Origin: a virus
Virus record (IMG/VR): IMGVR_UViG_3300023278_003531
Location: 35,631 to 99,630 of that record
Length of the DNA stretch: 64,000 nt
Strand: one strand, 5' to 3'
Shown here: positions 57,726 through 64,000 of the stretch, one piece after another
Layout of the letters: each line of letters starts with the position of its first letter
Numbering within the stretch: position 1 is the stretch's first letter
The notes under the pieces: generated by a model
Told to the model about the DNA's origin: nothing
The model's input: only the letters and a program-made list of their open reading frames with translations
Database searches by the model: none
Translations under genes and position numbers: made by a program

Positions 57726-59570
57726 TTATCTCCCCTTCTTCTTCTTCGGCTTAGGTTTCAAAACTGCGGCTCCGCTTAGACGTACCTTCTTATCGTTCCC
57801 CGCCTCTGACATAACTCTTCTCTTGAAGGCATCGGGATCACGGGCTATTTCCATCTTATCCATTATAGCCTGAGGAATAACTCCTCCAAAAGCATCTTCC
57901 ATCTCTAAGGATTCTTTATCGCGGCTTCGACCACGTACCACCCCTCCGTGGTGCATGATGTCCTCTGGCATATCCTCTGTCCAGATCAAATCATAAATAC
58001 AACGAGCTGCTAGAAAAAAAGCGGTGTAAAGATCCTTCTTCTGCTTCCCGTGACCTCCACCTTTAGGAACATCGAAATGCTGTTTTCCAGTAGGAGTCTC
58101 AGTAAGCTCGATAGATTGCATCTGGTTCTTCATATCCCTAATCGTGTGCCAAGAGTCCTCTTCAGGAATGGTACCGTCCGTTAATGCTTTCAGTTTTTCA
58201 CTCTGGGGAACCGATGGGAATAGAATGTCTCGATGCTCTAGTAACCGTAAAGCGTCGTAATTAGATTCCGCAATGAACTCAGCAGAAAAATTGCACATCG
58301 TTAGCATATCACGACCTGCTTTTAACTGGTGAACCTCATCCTCGGGATCAAGTATGGGACCTGCTGTATGGTTGGTGGGATTCTCTGCAAGAATGTCTTT
58401 GATGGCGAGGCCGCCACCCTGGGAATCCATATAGATATGGGTAACATTGAATGCTGAGCAAAGGTCTTCGATGGTTTGGGCCATCTTGGGAAAGGGTTGA
58501 TTATGAATTTCTAATGCGTGAACGACTTTAGCGGGCTGTCCAATCTCTACAACCGCAATGGCAAAAGAGTCTTCACTTCTAGCAGGATCTATACCTAAAC
58601 AATAAGACTTACCGGGAGATCCCGCAACCTGAGTTGAGAAAGATTTACTACTACATGCTTCCAACAGCGACGCTCTGTAAAAAGCATCTGTGTCGGGAAT
58701 AAAAGCAGCCTCGTATTCCATCCGGAACTCAAGGCTAGACATTTCTTTTCTTGCGGACTCAACGTTATCTTTATCGAGGAATCCGGTCTCTAGTAATTTA
58801 TACGGAACTCTAAAAGCTGCGTACTTAGGATTACCTGCACGCATCTCATCACGGTAGATCTTGTACAGATCATACATGTGATTAAAAGTGAAATAACCAG
58901 ATGATGTAATTATAATTTGGTTGGCGCTGCTGTCAGCGTCCAGCTCCTCTTGGGTGATCAACCCACGCTTAAGAAGCTCCTTCTGCCTTTTGATCCTCTC
59001 TACATTCTCCATAGGATTGGCTACGGTAGCTGCCATAGGACGAATGACCATGTTAAAAATCTCGGGTGGAATGTGGGGAAACTCATCACAAACAATAGTA
59101 AAGAAACGTGAACCACGAATCTTAGTACCGTCGCCTAGAGGTATCGCTTGTATTAACGACCCCGGCTTACCCGCCACTGACTTAAATCTAATATAACAAT
59201 TGTCTGATTGCTGGGTAGGTTTCTTCTCACACGCAGCTCGTAGGATCGGAGACCCTTGATACAAGCGCGTGCACTCATCAAAAATAAACTTAGATTGACG
59301 AAAAGTGGGTGCAATTAATCCTATCTTGTGTCCTGGATACAACATCCCTTTCAGTACAGCAAGCACAGCTTGGAGAAATGTTTTACCTGAACCACGACAC
59401 ATAATGGCGATGACGTTGCTCTTAGACCACATAGAGCGCAAGACTACTTTTTGGATTTTTGAAAGCTTGAGTCCCAATAGGTCTTCTGCTGCCATCTCGG
59501 GATATTCTCTATAGAACTCAATCAGCTCTGCTGCAGCTGATCTTAATTCCGGATCATCTTCGTTTAGCAT
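57726..59570 (-). CDS. terL: terminase large subunit
   Basis: Walker A MCRGSGKT, GLIAPTFRQS, Walker B IVCDEF, ITSSG, FRMEYEA.F, nuclease LGIDPARSED, KKDLYTA. Confidence 0.95.
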   Translation of the reverse strand: MLNEDDPELRSAAAELIEFYREYPEMAAEDLLGLKLSKIQKVVLRSMWSKSNVIAIMCRGSGKTFLQAVLAVLKGMLYPGHKIGLIAPTFRQSKFIFDECTRLYQGSPILRAACEKKPTQQSDNCYIRFKSVAGKPGSLIQAIPLGDGTKIRGSRFFTIVCDEFPHIPPEIFNMVIRPMAATVANPMENVERIKRQKELLKRGLITQEELDADSSANQIIITSSGYFTFNHMYDLYKIYRDEMRAGNPKYAAFRVPYKLLETGFLDKDNVESARKEMSSLEFRMEYEAAFIPDTDAFYRASLLEACSSKSFSTQVAGSPGKSYCLGIDPARSEDSFAIAVVEIGQPAKVVHALEIHNQPFPKMAQTIEDLCSAFNVTHIYMDSQGGGLAIKDILAENPTNHTAGPILDPEDEVHQLKAGRDMLTMCNFSAEFIAESNYDALRLLEHRDILFPSVPQSEKLKALTDGTIPEEDSWHTIRDMKNQMQSIELTETPTGKQHFDVPKGGGHGKQKKDLYTAFFLAARCIYDLIWTEDMPEDIMHHGGVVRGRSRDKESLEMEDAFGGVIPQAIMDKMEIARDPDAFKRRVMSEAGNDKKVRLSGAAVLKPKPKKKKGR

Positions 59571-60244
59571 TAGTACCCGTCATCTTCCAGAACTTTATTT
59601 AGTTGCGCGGCGGTGTCATCCACCTCAGAAAGTAGTGACTGAACCCTGGCTTGCTGCTCACTCTTCTGCTGACGGTCGAACTGAACTACCAAATCAACGA
59701 TGTTAACGTCTGAGTTGATTTTAGAATCTTTACGATCTACTCTCCGGCTGGACAGATTCTCTTTAGATATTTGCTTACGTTTCCAAATCTTCTCTAGCGA
59801 TTGCGATACTGCAATATGTGCCTGAGGGTCATTCTTTGTAGCCTGAAGCAATCTCATTTCCATTACGTCGCTTTTGGCTATTTCGAAGATATCATCCACA
59901 TCGGCTGCGGTGGGCTCCTCGTTCTTGAAATCTGTCAGATAACTTACGACTATTCCTGTGAATCTCTTCTTCTCGGCAGGAGTGAAGACACCCCTCTGTG
60001 GAACAAGTCTCTTGATTAGATCGGGACTTAATTTGCGGCCCGCCGTAATTTCCTGCGCCTGGGCCTGATCCTCACCTTCCTCACCTAGGAGTTCGGGAAC
60101 TAGAGGACCATCCTTTTGATACTGCTTTAGATTACTCCGGCTGTTAGCATTATTATAATTCTTACTGCCAGGATCTTTTTCTGCCTTTTTATCTAAATCT
60201 TTTTCGTCAATTTTAGGTTTCTTTGTCATAGGTTTGTCCGGCAC
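59570..60244 (-). CDS. putative terminase small subunit
   Basis: Overlaps the terL start; helical C-terminal half. Assignment is by position; the start may be the ATG at 60229. Confidence 0.55.
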   Translation of the reverse strand: MPDKPMTKKPKIDEKDLDKKAEKDPGSKNYNNANSRSNLKQYQKDGPLVPELLGEEGEDQAQAQEITAGRKLSPDLIKRLVPQRGVFTPAEKKRFTGIVVSYLTDFKNEEPTAADVDDIFEIAKSDVMEMRLLQATKNDPQAHIAVSQSLEKIWKRKQISKENLSSRRVDRKDSKINSDVNIVDLVVQFDRQQKSEQQARVQSLLSEVDDTAAQLNKVLEDDGY

Positions 60245-60313
60245 AAACAGGTGTGAGAGGGAACTGTAGACAGCTCGCCTCTCATCTAACTTACAATTTT
60301 TTTAATAGTTATT

Positions 60314-60811
60314 TCAACAAGGAGAGTGTCGGATTCGCTCTGTATGTCCTCTTTTCTCCAATTCCTTAATCAACTTATCCTTCTCTTCGGGAGAACGCTG
60401 AATTAATTTAGTTGTCTTTGCCTTGTAACGTAAAAGCGGAGAATTAAAATCTAAAACCTTAACATATTCTATCACCGACTGTATACGTTTTATAACACCC
60501 TCAATGTCACTAAAGACAGCACCTGCGGAGACCCTTAGAACTAAAATACCCGCATCTTCCCACAAACGTCGATCTCTATCCGAATCCCTACGCCTATTCA
60601 CGGAAGATTTGTGCCAATTACCGTCTACCTCAACCGCTAGGTTTAGTTCTGGGGAATAAAAATCTAAAATCCAATTAAGTACAGGTTCCTGAGATCTAAA
60701 CGAATAACCCTCTAAACCCCGGGATAAGATATTCCAAAGTTTAGCCTCGGGGGGAGTTAGATTTTCACGATATTTCGCTGCCATCTTTTCATTCCTACTA
60801 AAATATTTCAC
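60314..60811 (-). CDS. DUF559/Vsr-like endonuclease
   Basis: LTPPEAKLW..FRSQ..ILDF..LAVEVDG.WH..DRDR.L..G..VLR. Confidence 0.88.
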   Translation of the reverse strand: MKYFSRNEKMAAKYRENLTPPEAKLWNILSRGLEGYSFRSQEPVLNWILDFYSPELNLAVEVDGNWHKSSVNRRRDSDRDRRLWEDAGILVLRVSAGAVFSDIEGVIKRIQSVIEYVKVLDFNSPLLRYKAKTTKLIQRSPEEKDKLIKELEKRGHTERIRHSPC

Positions 60812-60871
60812 TTATTCCCCCCTCCACGTCCTAGAGGTAAGTTAATTAAAACCATGTATTTTTCAATGTTA

Positions 60872-61360
60872 TCAATGGGATACAGCATTTTCAGCGGAGA
60901 CGAATTTTTTCAAAAGGTGGACGCTGTCCAATAATTCTATTACTAGATCCTCCTGTGCGAAGATGGAGCTGCTGCTGTATTGGTATTTTATACACTCCTC
61001 GGGAACCGCTTCGATGGGTGTCGTCTCTATATATTTTCTAATATCCCGTAATTCCTTTTCGGACCTAACGTCCCGCATTGCTTGAAGTAATTTGACTTTA
61101 TTCTTATCAAAAAATTCTTCAAAACCCGGATACTCCGATCTAATGGAAATAAAACGATCTAGACACTTCTGTTCCAATCCAAGAAGGCTTTCGGACAGTG
61201 CTGCGCGGTGTGCCACAGATTTGGATTTACCAGACATTGATTCACTAATTTTCTTTTTGGTACTGGGATCTTGTACCTGCCCCGTATGGGACACACTAAT
61301 TTTATTTTTAGTTTCTTTAGAATGCTTGTAGCCGGGCTTACGCCCTTTAGCTCTAGTCAT
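60872..61360 (-). CDS. NUMOD3-repeat DNA-binding protein without an evident nuclease domain
   Basis: Probable start MTRAKG at 61360 (track start 61459); KHSKETKNKIS..STKKKISES..AHRAALSES. Confidence 0.7.
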   Translation of the reverse strand: MTRAKGRKPGYKHSKETKNKISVSHTGQVQDPSTKKKISESMSGKSKSVAHRAALSESLLGLEQKCLDRFISIRSEYPGFEEFFDKNKVKLLQAMRDVRSEKELRDIRKYIETTPIEAVPEECIKYQYSSSSIFAQEDLVIELLDSVHLLKKFVSAENAVSH

Positions 61361-61361
61361 T

Positions 61362-61895
61362 TTAGATATCCTGTACGACGGTATTTTGCAATTCACTCTT
61401 CCGCTCCACAAGGTCCTCCTTAAGGTCCTGATCCACCCCTTTACCCAAAAGCTGGGCACCTACTCGAACCTTGACCATTCCACCGCCGACGGATTTTACC
61501 TTCGCCTCAAAACCAGCGAAAGGCCCCTCGAGCAGAACTACAGTATCACCTTTCCTATACCTACTGGTCTTAATGTCCACAAGAAGTTTACCTTGGTTCT
61601 CTTCCATAATACGAATTTCATCCTCGGCAACGATACCGGGGTGATGGGTTGTTATCCAAGGACACTGACTCATTTTATGAAAAACTTGATCAGGATTATC
61701 ATATCTGACAAAGAGATACCCCTCATATAGGGGGCTATCCTTAACTCTAACCCCCCGCTTGGTCACGATCTCCTGCTTTATCTGGGGGTAAAAATACTTA
61801 TCTATTTCGGGGACATTCTTCCGTATGTGCGCGATAACGTTCTCGTATCTGTTCCTCTTGATTGACCAGGAATGCCATCGTTTTGCAGTATCCAT
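61362..61895 (-). CDS. NusG-family transcription elongation/antitermination factor (paralogue)
   Basis: NGN motif PLYEGYLFV and KOW motif GDTVVLLEGPFAGFEAKV; 177 aa. Confidence 0.9.
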   Translation of the reverse strand: MDTAKRWHSWSIKRNRYENVIAHIRKNVPEIDKYFYPQIKQEIVTKRGVRVKDSPLYEGYLFVRYDNPDQVFHKMSQCPWITTHHPGIVAEDEIRIMEENQGKLLVDIKTSRYRKGDTVVLLEGPFAGFEAKVKSVGGGMVKVRVGAQLLGKGVDQDLKEDLVERKSELQNTVVQDI

Positions 61896-61920
61896 ATCTA
61901 TCTCCCCGTCTCTAAAAACA

Positions 61921-61949
61921 ATTATAATAGGTATTTACGAAATACGCAA
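61921..61949 (-). promoter_or_regulatory. sigma70-type promoter TTGCGT-17-TATAAT
   Basis: Minus strand TTGCGT (61949-61944), 17 nt, TATAAT (61926-61921), upstream of the NusG-like gene. Confidence 0.75.
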
Positions 61950-61957
61950 GCCAATTA

Positions 61958-62464
61958 TTACTTTTTCTTGTTTTCTTCTGCGGATTTACGATTCTCACGC
62001 ATGTTTAGTATGTCCGTCGCGGATGCTAAAAAGCCCGGAATGAAGTCCCTATCCTCCCCGCGGGCCTCAGCTTCGGGGTTAGCTACCTTAGTGGATTTAC
62101 CACAGTCTTCACAATATTTCATGTAAGTATGCTCTGATCCATAACTCTCATGTCCACATTCCGCACACGCTACTAGAACATTGGTTCTGTGAGAACGAAC
62201 TACCCTCTTCTTGGGAAACGTGAAAGGTAGTCTATCCAGGATATGCTTATTCTTATCATTATGCTCATGTATCATATTCTTGTACTTGGAAGAACCCATC
62301 TCCTGCTCAAGGGCGGATTCTCTGCGAGAGATTCCCGGATCCAGCTCTTTACCCATAAGTTCCGGATTCGACTTAGCGATCTGCTCGCCAACCTTTTTAG
62401 AATCTCTCTTTATAGCATCTACGTTAATCGTAGTCTTGGGTTTATTACTCTTCTTCTTGGGCAC
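61958..62464 (-). CDS. Zn-ribbon-containing hypothetical protein
   Basis: CAECG...CEDCG motifs; AAGGAG RBS. Confidence 0.7.
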   Translation of the reverse strand: MPKKKSNKPKTTINVDAIKRDSKKVGEQIAKSNPELMGKELDPGISRRESALEQEMGSSKYKNMIHEHNDKNKHILDRLPFTFPKKRVVRSHRTNVLVACAECGHESYGSEHTYMKYCEDCGKSTKVANPEAEARGEDRDFIPGFLASATDILNMRENRKSAEENKKK

Positions 62465-62474
62465 GAAATACTCC

Positions 62475-63323
62475 TTAAGTAACGTTCACAGAAATGGTTG
62501 AAATACCTTCCGGTGTCCTAAGATACTGAGAAGGGTCTATCTCCAGCTGGGGGTTGGTAGCAGACGTGGATCCTAGACGTCCTATCCGTCCGTCCTGGGA
62601 ACTAACACCCCCTCGAAACTGACCTTCGAAATCATTGATAGCATCATCAAGAATGACTCCTTGGGCGGAGGTTTCTAAATTGAAAACTCTCGCCTCTATA
62701 GACATGGATCCCAGAGCCTGATCGCTAGGAATATTATAAAGGAAAGTAAAGACAGTAGCCTTAGTAATCCCCTGCTCGCCTCGTGGGAGATTTCGGCGAT
62801 CGACCGCGGTACCGCTCACGTACAAAGTACAGGACATAATCGACTGGAGGGCGGTAGCCTCCACTCTAATAGTTATTTGACTTCCACGAGAAACTGAAAC
62901 CCCAGGAGCAGGTTCTAAAATTCTAGAAGTAGGAAATAGAGCTTGGAAATCAGAAGCAACCAGTTGTTCTCTTTCTAGAATCTGCGCCGCTTCAATTGCG
63001 GCGGCGTCAATAGATCGGGGCGGCGCTTCTGGTCTTAGATCTTTAATACTACCCACCCGAATAACTCGAACAGGATTCAGAGGGTCTTGACCTTCAATGG
63101 GTACCAGACCCTTATATGATCTGAAGATATCACCTTTCTGGTCTGGACGCTCTTGCTCATTCCAATCTATTTCTCGTCCTCGAGGATTATCTCCAAGAGG
63201 GTAAGTAGGGCGTCTCTTAGTAAATTGATTACCTTCAGCCGTACCACGCTCTACATTATCTGCTGCGAAGCTGTGACCAAGCCCACGCCCGTCAGTATCG
63301 GTTTTATCTCTTCTCTCTACCAT
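62475..63323 (-). CDS. protein with disordered N-terminus and an Ig-like domain
   Basis: RILEPAPGVSVSRGSQITIRVEA..TLYVSG..FTFLYNIP..IEARVF. Confidence 0.65.
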   Translation of the reverse strand: MVERRDKTDTDGRGLGHSFAADNVERGTAEGNQFTKRRPTYPLGDNPRGREIDWNEQERPDQKGDIFRSYKGLVPIEGQDPLNPVRVIRVGSIKDLRPEAPPRSIDAAAIEAAQILEREQLVASDFQALFPTSRILEPAPGVSVSRGSQITIRVEATALQSIMSCTLYVSGTAVDRRNLPRGEQGITKATVFTFLYNIPSDQALGSMSIEARVFNLETSAQGVILDDAINDFEGQFRGGVSSQDGRIGRLGSTSATNPQLEIDPSQYLRTPEGISTISVNVT

Positions 63324-63993
63324 TAGACAACTCCTTAAGAACTTTTATAAATTCCGCATCAGTTTTTGTATGTTTCTTTAAATTACAATTAGGACACGTT
63401 AAAACAATATTCTTAATAAAGTTATTCCCACCCCTACTCAGGGGTATTTTATGGTCTCTATGAAATCCTTGCGAAATATCAACTCTACAATAATAACACT
63501 CACCCTGCTGCTCAGAATAAATATTTACTATCTCTTGCTGGGTATACCTACCTTTCGCGTTTTTAATAAGTGCACGTCTGTTGGCGCAGTAGGTGGCTTG
63601 ATATTCTTTAGTGTGCGATAACCCGTGTGTACGAGAACGTATTCCTGTCAGTTCAGCACCGTAGCAGCCGCAGCTCACAGAACTTCCATTTCTAAGTTTA
63701 GTACCCCGCACCACTCCCATATTACCACATTCACAAACACAGCGGTATGTTAGTTCATTACCTCTACCATCCCGACGCCTATTAACTATTTGTTCCTTAA
63801 CTACCCATCGACCAAACTTAGTACCAAGTTTAATTTCTTTCCTGGCGGTTTCCACAACTAAGCAACCGCAACTTGCAACGTTTCCTACCTTGAGATGGGA
63901 ACTTTTGGCAGAGTGTAAATTACCGCAGTCACAAATACATTCCCATCTAATATGCTTACCGCCCCCTCCCGAAGTCAAAATCCTACTCAGCAC
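63304..63993 (-). CDS. HNH homing endonuclease (5' end probably beyond the window)
   Basis: WECICDCGN / CVCECGN repeats with SCGC; CYYC..HRDHKIPLSRGG..NI..CPNCN; frame open to the window edge. Confidence 0.88.
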   Translation of the reverse strand: MLSRILTSGGGGKHIRWECICDCGNLHSAKSSHLKVGNVASCGCLVVETARKEIKLGTKFGRWVVKEQIVNRRRDGRGNELTYRCVCECGNMGVVRGTKLRNGSSVSCGCYGAELTGIRSRTHGLSHTKEYQATYCANRRALIKNAKGRYTQQEIVNIYSEQQGECYYCRVDISQGFHRDHKIPLSRGGNNFIKNIVLTCPNCNLKKHTKTDAEFIKVLKELSNGREKR

Positions 63994-64000
63994 AACGAGT

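Noticed and set aside
47226-59570. Intein or group I intron in terminase, portal or capsid genes
   Set aside because: These ORFs are continuous with ordinary lengths and no intein motifs; nearby endonuclease genes are intergenic.
60290-60311. Promoter upstream of TerS (TTGAAA-18-TAAGTT)
   Set aside because: Weak -10 match in an AT-rich stretch; not distinguishable from chance.
1-64000. Stop-codon reassignment, CRISPR array, tRNA/rRNA or DGR
   Set aside because: Code 11 gives dense, intact, abutting genes ending in TAA, TAG and TGA. No repeat-spacer array, RNA gene or reverse transcriptase was noticed by eye; tRNAscan and CRISPR finders were not run.

Overview
The whole window is the virion-morphogenesis region of a large tailed bacteriophage. 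Every credible gene is on the minus strand, in genetic code 11, with strong GGAGG RBSs and frequent stop/start coupling. Reading in the direction of transcription (64 kb to 0): HNH / Ig-domain / Zn-ribbon genes, a NusG-family paralogue, TerS, TerL, portal, a Cys-repeat head protein, prohead protease, scaffold, decoration protein, major capsid protein, neck and tail-completion genes, an internally duplicated tail-tube protein, two paralogous tail chaperones, a 4554-aa tape-measure protein (TMP), tail-tip genes and a cluster of Ig-like/CBM-like adhesin genes. Eight free-standing homing-endonuclease-type genes and an MNT-HEPN-like pair are interspersed. No sheath gene is seen, so a long non-contractile tail is inferred. 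Main result: the N-terminal third of the TMP holds a single-chain double-psi-beta-barrel RNA polymerase. It has the beta-like ED, K-x7-K and D-x10-R motifs and the beta-prime-like RxP and NLDFDGD motifs. An HExxH zincin-like module follows, and then the TMP core, so the protein reads as a tail-tape-fused virion RNA polymerase polyprotein (precedent: Thermus phage P23-45 gp96). Also seen: two adjacent head genes, each with a -1 frameshift signal just before the stop codon that would add an in-frame C-terminal extension, and three near-consensus sigma70 promoters. All assignments are by-eye motif recognition; no database searches were run.
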